This document shows, one piece after another, positions 16,866-26,829 of a DNA stretch of 38,509 nucleotides. The DNA lies in sequence record DRR723986_10911; one strand, written 5' to 3'. The notes beneath the pieces were generated by a model. The model did no database searches. It saw nothing but the letters and a program-made list of their open reading frames with translations, and was not told where the DNA came from. Each line of letters begins with the position of its first letter. Position 1 is the first letter of the stretch. The position numbers were made by a program, and so were the translations under genes.

Positions 16866-18233
16866 ATGTTGAAGTTTCAAACAAAGCTCACAGCACTGGC
16901 TCTGGCAAGCTTGTTTGCTGTTGGCACTGCGCAAGCGGCTGTCAGCGCGCAAGAAGCGGCAAAGCTGGGCACAACCCTGACTGAATTTGGTGCTGAAAAA
17001 GCGGGCAACGCCGCTGGCACCATTCCAGCCTACACCGGTGGCCTCACCAAGGCACCAGCAGGCTACAAGCCAGGGCAACACTTGGTAGACCCGTTTGCCA
17101 ATGAGAAGCCTTTGTTCACCATCACTGGTGCCAATGCGGATCAGTACAAGGCCAACCTGTCACCAGGTCAGCTGGAAATGCTGAAAAAGTACCCCACATT
17201 CAAAATGAATGTGTACAAAACCCACCGCACAACGGCTTACCCCAAGAAAGTGTTGGACGCAGCCAAGAAAAACGCAACCAACGCCAAAACTGAAAACAAC
17301 GGTAACTCCGTGGTTGGTTTTGAACAGGCCATTCCTTTCCCAATTCCACAAAATGGTGTTGAGGTGATTTGGAACCACCTGACCCGTTATCGCGGTGGTG
17401 CAGCCAAGCGCGATTTCGTTCAAGTACCTGTTGAGCGCGATGGCACCTTCATTATTAACCGCATTGAAGACACCCTGGTGTTCCCGCGCAACCTGCCTAA
17501 TTTTTACAAGGCTGGCGAAGATGACAACATCAACTTCTACTTCTATCAAATCCTGAAGAGCCCGGTTTCTGTGTCCGGCAACGTATTGCTGGTGCACGAC
17601 ACACTGGACCAGGTTACTGAAGGTCGCCGTGCATGGCAGTACAACGCGGGTCAGCGTCGTGTTCGTCGCGCACCTCAAGTGGCCTACGACTCACCAGGTA
17701 CAGCGGCTGATGGCTTGCGTACAACCGATAACTACGATTTGTTCAATGGCGCGCCAGACCGTTATGAGTGGAAGTTGAAAGGCAAGAAGGAAATGTACAT
17801 TCCGTACAACTCCTATCGTTTGGCCAGCAACAAGCTGACTTACAAGGAAATCCACCAGCCACTGCACATGAACCCAGAGCACCTGCGCTATGAGTTGCAC
17901 CGCGTGTGGGAAGTGGAAGCAACCTTGAAGAGCGATGCACGCCATATTTACGCCAAGCGTGTATTCTTCGTGAACGAAGACAACTGGCAAGCCTCCATCA
18001 TCGATCACTACGATGGCAAGGGCGCATTGTGGCGCGTGGCTGAAGCCCACAACATTCAGTACTACAACGAAATGGTTCCTTTCTACGCTGCTGAAGTCTT
18101 GTACGACTTGCAAGCGGGCCGTTACCTCACCATTGGTTTGACCAATGAAGCAGAACAGCCCTTCGTATTCGACTTCACACCAGACCGCGCCAACTACACG
18201 CCGGCTGGCCTGCGTCGACTCGGCGTTCAGTAA
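16866..18233 (+). CDS. DUF1329 family periplasmic protein
   Basis: AVSAQEAAKLGTTLTEFGAEKAGNAAGTIPAYTGG, PFPIPQNGVEVIWNH, RRAWQYNAGQRRVRRAP, RYELHRVWEVEATLK. Confidence 0.95.
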   Translation: MLKFQTKLTALALASLFAVGTAQAAVSAQEAAKLGTTLTEFGAEKAGNAAGTIPAYTGGLTKAPAGYKPGQHLVDPFANEKPLFTITGANADQYKANLSPGQLEMLKKYPTFKMNVYKTHRTTAYPKKVLDAAKKNATNAKTENNGNSVVGFEQAIPFPIPQNGVEVIWNHLTRYRGGAAKRDFVQVPVERDGTFIINRIEDTLVFPRNLPNFYKAGEDDNINFYFYQILKSPVSVSGNVLLVHDTLDQVTEGRRAWQYNAGQRRVRRAPQVAYDSPGTAADGLRTTDNYDLFNGAPDRYEWKLKGKKEMYIPYNSYRLASNKLTYKEIHQPLHMNPEHLRYELHRVWEVEATLKSDARHIYAKRVFFVNEDNWQASIIDHYDGKGALWRVAEAHNIQYYNEMVPFYAAEVLYDLQAGRYLTIGLTNEAEQPFVFDFTPDRANYTPAGLRRLGVQ

Positions 18234-18248
18234 TAGCTAAGTAAATTC

Positions 18249-18286
18249 AGGCTACAAGGGGGCATGGTCCCTTTGTAGCCTTTTTT
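18249..18286 (+). terminator. Rho-independent terminator inside the cluster
   Basis: AGGCTACAAGGGGGC-ATG-GTCCCTTTGTAGCCT stem with a T run. Confidence 0.8.
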
Positions 18287-18304
18287 AATTTCAAAGGATC
18301 TTCA

Positions 18305-19477
18305 ATGTTTCTCCGGAATCGTTTTTCCAACAAGGCGGCTTCCACGCTGCTACTGGGTGCCATGCTGTGCGCAGGTTTAATCACCTATGGCAGTTTGTCG
18401 ACAGCCAAAGTTGACCTGCTTCAAATACCTGCAATTCCGAGCGTGAATGCAACCCGTTCCCTGCTGATTGATGTCGAGCGTGTCGGTAAAAATCTGTTTG
18501 CGGCGGGCGAGTTCGGTCAAATTTTGAAAAGCGAAGACAACGGACAAACCTGGACTGCAGGCAAGGTGCCTGTGTCCGTCACCTTGACCTCGGTGGCTTT
18601 TGCGAATGAGGCCGTGGGTTATGCAGTGGGTCACGACGGTGTAGTACTGAAAACTGAAGATGGTGGTGTGAACTGGGTCAAGTTGATCGACGGTGGAACC
18701 ATTAATCAGTTTGTGCTCGATATCGCGCAAGCCAAGGCAGATGCCTTGCAAGAACAAGTGGACAACCTTCCTGATAACGCACCCGCAGATGTGCGCGAGG
18801 CATTGGAAGTGGCCGCCGAAGAAGCTGCATTTGTGGTGGACACCGCGCAAGGCGACCTTGAAGTGGGCCCCTCCAAGCCACTGCTGGATGTGATTGTGAA
18901 TGGCAATGGCAATGTATTTGTGGCGGGCGCTTACGGACAGTTGCTGAAAAGTACCGACCAAGGTGCAAGCTGGGTGTACCTGGGCGACCGCACCAACAAC
19001 CCCAACAACTATCATTTGAACACCATGCTGCTTTCCAAAACCGGAGAAATCTGGGTGGCTGGTGAGCAGGGTACAGTGTTGGTGAGCGCTGATGAAGGCG
19101 AAACCTGGACCAACAAAAAAATCGATTACGACGGCTCGGTGTTTGCTTTGATGGAGGCGCCCGACACCCGCACTGTAGTCGCCGTTGGCTTGCGTGGTCA
19201 CGCATTCCGCTTGCCTTTCGGCGGTGAGCAATGGGAAGAAGTGAATACCAACCTGCGAGAAACCTTTAGCGGCGCAACCGTGCTGGCCGATGGTTCCATG
19301 GTGGTGGTGGGGTCGCGCGGTATTTTGGCGCGTAGCACCGATGACTTCCGCTCCATTCAGGTCACACGTCGTGCTGACAAGTTGCCCTCCGCCAGTGTGG
19401 TGCAATTGAATGATCAAGAAATTCTGTTGGCGGGTCTGCGTGGTTTCAAAACCTTGCCCCTGTCTGAATTCAAATAA
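18305..19477 (+). CDS. YCF48-related / BNR-repeat beta-propeller protein
   Basis: Repeated Asp-box motifs SEDNGQTW, TEDGGVNW, STDQGASW, SADEGETW; AVGHDGVVL; standard position between DUF1329 and RND. Confidence 0.9.
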   Translation: MFLRNRFSNKAASTLLLGAMLCAGLITYGSLSTAKVDLLQIPAIPSVNATRSLLIDVERVGKNLFAAGEFGQILKSEDNGQTWTAGKVPVSVTLTSVAFANEAVGYAVGHDGVVLKTEDGGVNWVKLIDGGTINQFVLDIAQAKADALQEQVDNLPDNAPADVREALEVAAEEAAFVVDTAQGDLEVGPSKPLLDVIVNGNGNVFVAGAYGQLLKSTDQGASWVYLGDRTNNPNNYHLNTMLLSKTGEIWVAGEQGTVLVSADEGETWTNKKIDYDGSVFALMEAPDTRTVVAVGLRGHAFRLPFGGEQWEEVNTNLRETFSGATVLADGSMVVVGSRGILARSTDDFRSIQVTRRADKLPSASVVQLNDQEILLAGLRGFKTLPLSEFK

Positions 19478-19507
19478 ACGGACCCAACACACGGACGCAA
19501 CACAACA

Positions 19508-21847
19508 ATGACTTCTCCAGACTCAACAAAAACCAAAGCCCCTTTGGCCGAACGATTGATTTTCAGCAAACGCCCCTTGGTCATGTTGCTGATGTTGATC
19601 GCGACGATCGTGCTGGCCTGGCAGGCCACGCAACTGAAAGTGGCGGCCAGCTTTGAAAAAATGATTCCAACCAACCACGAGTATGTGGTCAACTTTCTTG
19701 AAAACCGTGCTGATCTCACCAGTCTCGGTAACGTGGTACGCGTCACGGTACAAACCAAGGAAGGTGATATTTTCAACGCCGAATACCTTGAAACACTGAA
19801 GCAGGTGACCGACAAGGCCTTTTACATTCCTGGTGTGAATCGTCCGGAAATGGCATCGCTTTGGACTGCCAACGTGCGTTGGACTTCGGTGACTGAGGAA
19901 GGCCTTGAGGGTGGGCAGGTCATTCCTGCCACCTACAACGGTGATGCTGAAAGCATCGCACTGGTGCGCCAGAACGTTGAGCTTTCCGGGCAAATTGGTC
20001 GCTTGGTGGGCAACGACTTCAAAAGCACAATTGTGTATCTGCCTTTGCTGGAAATTAACCCGGAAACTGGCAAGCGTCTGGACTACAAAGAGTTCTCCGA
20101 GCGCATCGAAACTGAACTTCGCAATGAATTCAATTCCGACAAAATTGAAATCCGCGTCACTGGTTTCGCGAAAATTGTAGGTGACCTCATTGAAGGTGCA
20201 ACACAGGTGGTGATGTTTTTTGGCATCGCGGTACTCATCACCTTGGTCATGTTGTTTTTCTATTCCCGCAGTATAAAAAGCACCTTGGCCACACTGGCCT
20301 GTTCAATCACTGCCGTGATTTGGCAGTTGGGCTTGCTCAATGCCATGGGCATGGGGCTCGATCCTTACTCCATGTTGGTGCCTTTTCTGGTGTTCGCGAT
20401 CGGTGTAAGCCATGGTGTGCAAATTGTGGGTGCCATCGCCCACAAGCAAGGTGAGGGGCACAACAGGCTAGACTCAGCCCGTTTGGCTTTCCGTGGTTTG
20501 TACATTGCCGGTTTAACTGCGCTGGTGTCCGATGGTTTCGGCTTTGCTACGTTGATGGTGATCGACATTCCTGTGATTCGCGATTTGGCAATTGCAGCCT
20601 CGGTGGGTGTGGCCGTCATCATTCTTACCAACCTGGTGTTGTTGCCGCTGATCATGAGCTACACAGGTGTCGACGAAAAGGCAGTGGCGAAGTTGCAGCA
20701 AGAGGAATCTGGCAGCAACAAGTTGTGGCACTTTCTGGCTGGTTTTGCGCAAGCCAAAATGGCAAAAGGTGCATTGGCAGTTGCCCTGGCCTTGTTGGCC
20801 GTGGGCCTGTGGGGCAATGCCAATGTACAAATTGGTGACCTTGACAAGGGTGCCCCCGAGTTGCGCGCGGATTCGCGCTACAACCTGGACAACGCGTATG
20901 TGACCGACAACTACTCCACAAGTACTGATGTGTTTGTGGTCATGGTTGAAACCGAGATGGACGGTTGTATCAAGTACAACACGCTGGCGGCTGTGGATTT
21001 GTTCCAGTGGACCATTGAACAGGTACCCGGGGTGCAAAGCAGTATTTCTCTGGCCGACCGTTCCAAGTTCGTCATCAGTGCTTACAGCGAAGGCGACTTG
21101 AAATGGAATGCATTGAACCGAAACCAGTTTGTGTTGAACGGCACCATCAGTGGCATGAACCTCTCTGACGGTTTGTTCAGTTCTGACTGTTCTTTCATGC
21201 CAATCATTGTGTTCCTTGAAGATCACAAAGCCGACACCTTGAAGCGTGTCGTGGCTGCAGCCGAAGACTTTATTGCCAAGAACGACACTGGTGATGCTGT
21301 GTTTAAACTCGCAGCGGGCAACGCCGGTATTGAAGCAGCGACCAATGAAGTGGTGGAGCGCGCCCAAACCGAGATGCTGATCTGGGTTTACGGTGTGGTG
21401 GCTATTCTGGTTTGGCTGGCCTTCCGTTCGGTGCGCACGGTCATCTGTATTATTGCCCCTCTGGCGCTCACCTCCCTGTTGTGTTCAGCGCTGATGGTCG
21501 CACTGGGCATTGGCGTGAAAGTGGCTACTTTGCCGGTGATTGCGCTGGGTGTCGGTATTGGTGTGGACTACGGCATTTACATCTATGGCAAGCTTGAGGA
21601 GTACTTGAAAGAGGGTATGCCATTTGCTGACGCTTACTTCGAGACCTTGAAGTCCACTGGTAAAGCCGTGGTATTTACCGGTCTTACCCTGGGCATCGGT
21701 GTGGCCACCTGGGCATTCTCGCCCATCAAGTTCCAGGCTGACATGGGCTTGCTGCTCACCTTCATGTTCTTGTGGAACATGGTGGGTGCTGTAGTCTTCC
21801 TGCCCGCTTTGGCCTACTTCCTTGATCGCCGCGGTGAGAAGGTGTAG
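19508..21847 (+). CDS. RND-superfamily (MMPL-like) transporter
   Basis: Two TM-rich halves, LDPYSMLVPFLVFAIGVSHGVQ, ATLPVIALGVGIGVDYGIY, FSPIKFQADMGLLL. Confidence 0.95.
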   Translation: MTSPDSTKTKAPLAERLIFSKRPLVMLLMLIATIVLAWQATQLKVAASFEKMIPTNHEYVVNFLENRADLTSLGNVVRVTVQTKEGDIFNAEYLETLKQVTDKAFYIPGVNRPEMASLWTANVRWTSVTEEGLEGGQVIPATYNGDAESIALVRQNVELSGQIGRLVGNDFKSTIVYLPLLEINPETGKRLDYKEFSERIETELRNEFNSDKIEIRVTGFAKIVGDLIEGATQVVMFFGIAVLITLVMLFFYSRSIKSTLATLACSITAVIWQLGLLNAMGMGLDPYSMLVPFLVFAIGVSHGVQIVGAIAHKQGEGHNRLDSARLAFRGLYIAGLTALVSDGFGFATLMVIDIPVIRDLAIAASVGVAVIILTNLVLLPLIMSYTGVDEKAVAKLQQEESGSNKLWHFLAGFAQAKMAKGALAVALALLAVGLWGNANVQIGDLDKGAPELRADSRYNLDNAYVTDNYSTSTDVFVVMVETEMDGCIKYNTLAAVDLFQWTIEQVPGVQSSISLADRSKFVISAYSEGDLKWNALNRNQFVLNGTISGMNLSDGLFSSDCSFMPIIVFLEDHKADTLKRVVAAAEDFIAKNDTGDAVFKLAAGNAGIEAATNEVVERAQTEMLIWVYGVVAILVWLAFRSVRTVICIIAPLALTSLLCSALMVALGIGVKVATLPVIALGVGIGVDYGIYIYGKLEEYLKEGMPFADAYFETLKSTGKAVVFTGLTLGIGVATWAFSPIKFQADMGLLLTFMFLWNMVGAVVFLPALAYFLDRRGEKV

Positions 21848-21872
21848 TTTTTGTAAGTAATTAGTAAGTTAT

Positions 21873-21905
21873 TGAAAAAACGGGCTTTATCGGCCCGTTT
21901 TTTCA
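21873..21905 (+). terminator. Rho-independent terminator (bidirectional shape)
   Basis: TGAAAAAACGGGC-loop-GCCCGTTTTTTCA. Confidence 0.85.
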
Positions 21906-21985
21906 TTTCAACACAGTTCATTTGAGGGGGTTGTGTACAACTGTTAGCGCCCTCACAATCAAACCTCATTGATATGGAGAGTTGA

Positions 21986-23425
21986 TTGTTGGATCGAGTC
22001 GATAACCTACAACTGGTCAGTGGACGATTGCAGGATGTGTTCGATTGCCAACAGCGAACCTACCGGGCCAATCCCCACCCCAGCAAACAAGAGCGAGTCA
22101 GCAACCTCGAATTGCTTGAAGAAATCATTCTTCGCAATGAAAGTGAGTTGATCGACGCCATGTCGGAAGACTTCGGCCATCGTTCCCGCCACGAATCAAC
22201 CATGCTCGACATCGTCAGTAGCCTGTCTGCGGTCAGGCACAGTCGCAAGCATGTGGGTTTGTGGATGAAGCCACGCAAAGTGCCCACGCCACTACAACTT
22301 CGCCCGTCGGTCTCGTATATCAAACCCCAGCCTTTGGGCGTTATTGGCATTATTACACCGTGGAATTTTCCGGTGTATCTCAGTTTTGCAGGCCTGGCTT
22401 CAGCGCTGGCTGCGGGCAATTGCTGCATGCTGAAACCCAGCGAGTACAGCCCGAGAACCTCGGCACTCATGGCCCGATTGCTAGAAAACAATTTCGGTGA
22501 AGAGCACGTGGCCGTGATCGAGGGTGATGAAACTGTTGCAGAGGCTTTTTCTCGCCTGCCTTTTGACCATTTGTTGTTCACAGGTTCGCAAAGGGTAGGG
22601 CGTCTGGTGGCCAAGGCGGCAGCCGAGAACCTGACCCCGGTGACCCTGGAAATGGGGGGGAAGTCCCCCTTGATTGTTGCGCCCAGCGGCAATGTGGCGC
22701 AGGCCGCTGCATGTGCAGCTCACGGTAAAATGATCAATGCGGGGCAGGTGTGCGTAGCACCCGATTACGCCATGGTGCATGAAAGTCAGCTCAGGCGCTT
22801 CATCTCCGAGGTCAAGCGAGCCTCCCACAAACAATATCCCACTATTCGAAACAATCCCGACGTGTCGTGCGTCATCAATTCCAAGCACATGGCGCGTTTG
22901 CGCGATCTCGTAGACGATGCCCGGAAAAAGGGGGCTGAAATCATCGAGATTAATCCGGCTCACGAGGTGTTCGAGCCAGCAGCCAAAAAGTTTCCTTTAA
23001 CCCTCGTCATCAATCCAAGTGCGGACATGCGCGTGATGCAGGAAGAAGTATTTGGCTCCATTCTGCCAATTCTGGCGTATCGGACACTCGAGGAGGCTGT
23101 GGCTCAGGTGCAATCCAAAGAAAGAGCGATTGCGCTTTATTTGTTTGCCAGCAAACAGGCTGAAAAGGAACTGGTATTGAGTCAAACCGTGTCGGGTGGT
23201 GTCACGGTAAACGACGCCATGTGGCATGTGCTGAACGATCACATGCCATTTGGCGGAGTGGGTGCCAGTGGTATGGGTGCCTATCACGGTTTGGTGGGGT
23301 TCAATGCCATGTCTCAACTCAAACCGGTCTTGGAGCAATCCAGATTCAATGCTGCGCCCCTGCTTCGCGCTCCCTATGGCACAGTGTTCGAAAAAGTTGT
23401 TACAGTATTGAAAAAAATCGTCTAA
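21986..23425 (+). CDS. Aldehyde dehydrogenase, coniferyl-aldehyde dehydrogenase (CalB)-like
   Basis: PLGVIGIITPWNFP, LPFDHLLFTGS, LEMGGKSP (catalytic Glu), NAGQVCVAPDY (catalytic Cys), PFGGVGASGMGAYHG. Confidence 0.9.
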   Translation: MLDRVDNLQLVSGRLQDVFDCQQRTYRANPHPSKQERVSNLELLEEIILRNESELIDAMSEDFGHRSRHESTMLDIVSSLSAVRHSRKHVGLWMKPRKVPTPLQLRPSVSYIKPQPLGVIGIITPWNFPVYLSFAGLASALAAGNCCMLKPSEYSPRTSALMARLLENNFGEEHVAVIEGDETVAEAFSRLPFDHLLFTGSQRVGRLVAKAAAENLTPVTLEMGGKSPLIVAPSGNVAQAAACAAHGKMINAGQVCVAPDYAMVHESQLRRFISEVKRASHKQYPTIRNNPDVSCVINSKHMARLRDLVDDARKKGAEIIEINPAHEVFEPAAKKFPLTLVINPSADMRVMQEEVFGSILPILAYRTLEEAVAQVQSKERAIALYLFASKQAEKELVLSQTVSGGVTVNDAMWHVLNDHMPFGGVGASGMGAYHGLVGFNAMSQLKPVLEQSRFNAAPLLRAPYGTVFEKVVTVLKKIV

Positions 23426-23438
23426 AGGGAGTGTTTAC

Positions 23439-24236
23439 ATGCGTCGGGTGGTCTTCAACCAAAAAGGTGGGGTTGGTAAATCCACTATCGCTAGCAACCT
23501 CGCAGCCATTTCGGCCAACAGTGGCTTGAAAACACTGTTGATTGATCTTGATCCTCAAGGCAACAGCACCCAGTACATTATGGGTCGCGGCTCCGCGCCT
23601 CTTGAATATTCCCTGGCTGATTTTTTCGATCAGGCCTTGAACTTCAAAATTCGCCCCAAAAAAAGTGCGGAATTCGTGGTTGAAACGCCTTATGAGAATC
23701 TTGATTTACTGGGTAGTCACCCCGCGCTTGAAGAGCTGCAAGTAAAGCTTGAATCACGTTACAAAATTTTCAAATTGCGTGAGGCCCTCGACGAGCTCAA
23801 AGGCCAATACGACCGTGTTTACATTGACACGCCACCAGCCCTGAATTTTTTTTCGCGTTCTGCACTCATCGCGGCCGATGCTGTGCTTATTCCTTTCGAT
23901 TGTGATGAGTTCTCCCGTCGGGCCCTTTACAACCTCATGGATGCGCTCAATGAAATTCGTGCTGACCACAACCCGGCGCTTGAAGTGGAGGGTATTGTGG
24001 TGAATCAGTTCCAGCCCCGCGCAAGCCTGCCACAAAAGCTGGTTGCCGAGTTGCTGGAAGAAGGACACCCCGTACTCAACACTTGTCTGTCGTCTTCCGT
24101 CAAAATTCGCGAGAGCCATGAGGCGGCCAAGCCCATGATACATTTCATGCCCGCGCACAAGCTAAGTCAGGAGTTTGTGGCCATGCATGCCGAAGTTGAG
24201 GCGGCTGCTGCAAAACGCAAGAAGAAAGTCGCTTAA
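23439..24236 (+). CDS. ParA/Soj family ATPase (orphan)
   Basis: NQKGGVGKST deviant Walker A, IDLDPQGN, IDTPP. Confidence 0.9.
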   Translation: MRRVVFNQKGGVGKSTIASNLAAISANSGLKTLLIDLDPQGNSTQYIMGRGSAPLEYSLADFFDQALNFKIRPKKSAEFVVETPYENLDLLGSHPALEELQVKLESRYKIFKLREALDELKGQYDRVYIDTPPALNFFSRSALIAADAVLIPFDCDEFSRRALYNLMDALNEIRADHNPALEVEGIVVNQFQPRASLPQKLVAELLEEGHPVLNTCLSSSVKIRESHEAAKPMIHFMPAHKLSQEFVAMHAEVEAAAAKRKKKVA

Positions 24237-24281
24237 TCCTCATCAAATCCTTTCTGTCACATCCCTGAAACCTGAGGGCTT

Positions 24282-24318
24282 CACACTCACACTTTGACAT
24301 TAATTCAATGTGAGTGTG
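24282..24318. promoter_or_regulatory. Perfect 10-bp inverted repeat enclosing TTGACA
   Basis: CACACTCACA-17 nt-TGTGAGTGTG; TTGACA at 24294-24299. Confidence 0.5.
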
Positions 24319-24322
24319 TGCA

Positions 24323-24445
24323 ATGCGCCAAGCCATGGTTTGGGTTAACAAGCTGGGTGGTCAGTTTAAAGTGGCCCGTCAGCAACGTCTGCAAAAGAAA
24401 TTACAGAAACGTTTGGGGAAACTGGTCTCCTACGGCCTCTCTTAA
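24323..24445 (+). CDS. Candidate 40-aa basic small protein
   Basis: ATG..TAA encodes MRQAMVWVNKLGGQFKVARQQRLQKKLQKRLGKLVSYGLS; lies wholly in the intergenic gap; RBS weak. Confidence 0.35.
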   Translation: MRQAMVWVNKLGGQFKVARQQRLQKKLQKRLGKLVSYGLS

Positions 24446-24489
24446 GGGCAACCTCGGGGACCATTTCCAATCCATCAGCCTGATCTGTT

Positions 24490-26784
24490 TTGCTCAAATC
24501 ACTTGGTCCTTCCCAAAACCCTGTACTTCGTAAACTTGCGCGGGGGATAGCGCGCCTGTCCAGCTCCATGGGTTGGTTGTCTGTCCGCTACCCCAGCTAC
24601 ACGCTTGAAGACCGGCTTGCGCAATTCAAGGCATTGCGTTTGCCATACCCAGAGGGTACCTGCATACGCTTCAACGAGTTTTTTGTTCCCTATGTGTTCT
24701 CCAACTCAGATCGCGATGGCGCTTTCGCGTTGGGAACAATCACTGAGTTTCAACGTGGTCCTCAACTGCAGTTTCTCAAGCGTCTGGCTCTAGGCCGTCT
24801 TTCCGAAATGGGCGGGCGGGGCTTTGTCGACATGGACCACTTGATCCGTCTGCTCGATTTTGGCCGTGCCGCAACTGAAATATGGGCCAACATGCCCGAT
24901 CACAGCCGGGCCTGGGTGGAAGGCTTTGTGGACGGGCTGAATTGTGTCCAAGCTCAGCGAAAGCGGGGCGTGGATGAAAAGTTTTTGGGCATTCAACCCG
25001 AGCCTTACACCCCTTTGGACATTCTGCTGTTTGGTCGGCTTGCAGGTGCCGACGTCAACTGGCCCATCTATTTTTCCCTCATTGAGCATCGTCTGTCCGG
25101 GGACTTTATCGAATGGTGGAACCGGCTTCGCCGCGTTGGGGCTGGGGTGTCGACCAGCTTCGATCATCCGAACTCGCGCAAGCCCAGCACGGCCCAACAA
25201 ATTGGCGAGTTTCTAAACAGTTTGTCCCGCTCTGGCAGCAACTCAATCGTGGTGCACGGCACGCGCACACAAAGCGGCAAGCCGTTGATGGTGAACGACC
25301 CCCACCTGGGTCAGCACCTGCCCAATGTGTGGATGATGGTGGGGCTGCGCACGCCTACTTACCAGTGTGTGGGTTTGATGTTTCCAGGCGTACCCATATT
25401 GGGCCTTGGGAGAAACCCACACCTGGCTTGGGGCGGCACCAATTTGCGCGCCGCCTCTTCAGACCTGGTGCGCCTGGACGACAGCACCCTGCACAACACG
25501 GCCGAGCAACTGGTAAAAATCCGGGTCCGTTTTTCCTGGTCCCGCAGCAGAAAACTCAGATTCTCCCCGCACGGTCCTGTGCTCACTGATTGCGCTGCCC
25601 TGGGCCGCTTGTGTGGCAAGGACAATCTGGCGTTGCGTTGGGCAGGTCATTGGCCTACCGATGAAATCACCAGCTTCCTGTTGGGCATGCAGGCTCAGAA
25701 CGTCGGTGAACTCCAGAAGGCCATGCATGGCGTGGGCGTTACGCCGTTGAATGTGCTGGGGGCAGACACCGCAGGCAACATCGGACATGTGCTGGCGGCA
25801 ACCCTGCCCAAGCGCCCGGGTTTTCCGGAGGATGATTGGGTGTTGGCCGAGTCCATGGCCAGCGAACACTGGTCAGTGCGTGTCTGCGCTCGCGACTTCC
25901 CCAGTGTAATCAACCCAGCATCTGGTTTCATTGTGTCTGCCAATAACCGGCCTTCAGAAGTCACTGGCCTGGGGTTTCTGTTCAATGGCGATGATCGCGT
26001 CATGCGGGCGCGCGCTTTGTTCAATTCTCAAAAAAGATTCACTCCCCACACTTTGCTGGCCCTGCAACTGGATGTGACTTCCCCGCTGGCTGACCAGTTG
26101 TCCAGTCAACTGGCTGAGTTTTGTCGTCCTCACTTGCAGAACAGTGAGCAGGCTGTGTTGTGCAATTCAATTGATTTGTGGGGTGGCGCTTATACGGCAG
26201 ACAGTTTTGCCGCCCTTCAATTCGAGTTTTTGTTGGCCGCTTTGGTGAAACAATTGTCTGTTTTGCGCCACGCAGGACGGACCCCCAGCCTGATGGATCA
26301 GTGGTCTTACCTGTCGGCCTGTTTGATGGAAGACCTGGAGAGTCTCACCGAGGAGGAGCGGGACCGAATTGTGCCCTTGTGTGTGGACGAGGCGAATCGC
26401 AAGGCTCAACATTGGCAACTTTGGGGTAATCTGCACAAGATTCGCCTGCGTCATGTACTCGGGCACGTGCCATTGCTGGGCAAGCTGTTTTCTTCGAAAT
26501 CGTTTCCTGCCGCGGGCTCCAGAGAAACCTTGATGAAAAATGCACACAATCTGATTCGGGGTTTTGATGAAACCAGTTATGGTTCTCAAAGCCGGCATCT
26601 GTCCGACCTGTCCGATCCCGACGAGAATCATTTTGTGCTGTTGGGAGGTCAGGATGGCTGGGTGGGAAGCCAGTTGTTGACCAATCAAATTCCGCTGTGG
26701 CAGACCCTGCAGAGCATTCAAATGCCGTTGCGGCCAAGCCGCATCGAACAACTTTTTCCCCACTGCATAGGCAGGTTAGAATAA
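24490..26784 (+). CDS. Penicillin acylase family (Ntn hydrolase, peptidase S45)
   Basis: GRLSEMGG, GSNSIVVHGTRTQSGKPLMVNDPHL (N-terminal nucleophile Ser codon at 25237), GRNPHLAWGGTN, NPASGFIVSANN. Start uncertain. Confidence 0.9.
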   Translation: MLKSLGPSQNPVLRKLARGIARLSSSMGWLSVRYPSYTLEDRLAQFKALRLPYPEGTCIRFNEFFVPYVFSNSDRDGAFALGTITEFQRGPQLQFLKRLALGRLSEMGGRGFVDMDHLIRLLDFGRAATEIWANMPDHSRAWVEGFVDGLNCVQAQRKRGVDEKFLGIQPEPYTPLDILLFGRLAGADVNWPIYFSLIEHRLSGDFIEWWNRLRRVGAGVSTSFDHPNSRKPSTAQQIGEFLNSLSRSGSNSIVVHGTRTQSGKPLMVNDPHLGQHLPNVWMMVGLRTPTYQCVGLMFPGVPILGLGRNPHLAWGGTNLRAASSDLVRLDDSTLHNTAEQLVKIRVRFSWSRSRKLRFSPHGPVLTDCAALGRLCGKDNLALRWAGHWPTDEITSFLLGMQAQNVGELQKAMHGVGVTPLNVLGADTAGNIGHVLAATLPKRPGFPEDDWVLAESMASEHWSVRVCARDFPSVINPASGFIVSANNRPSEVTGLGFLFNGDDRVMRARALFNSQKRFTPHTLLALQLDVTSPLADQLSSQLAEFCRPHLQNSEQAVLCNSIDLWGGAYTADSFAALQFEFLLAALVKQLSVLRHAGRTPSLMDQWSYLSACLMEDLESLTEEERDRIVPLCVDEANRKAQHWQLWGNLHKIRLRHVLGHVPLLGKLFSSKSFPAAGSRETLMKNAHNLIRGFDETSYGSQSRHLSDLSDPDENHFVLLGGQDGWVGSQLLTNQIPLWQTLQSIQMPLRPSRIEQLFPHCIGRLE

Positions 26785-26829
26785 ATTCTCGATATTGCTT
26801 TAATTTCCTATTGCACAGGATGTCCACCC

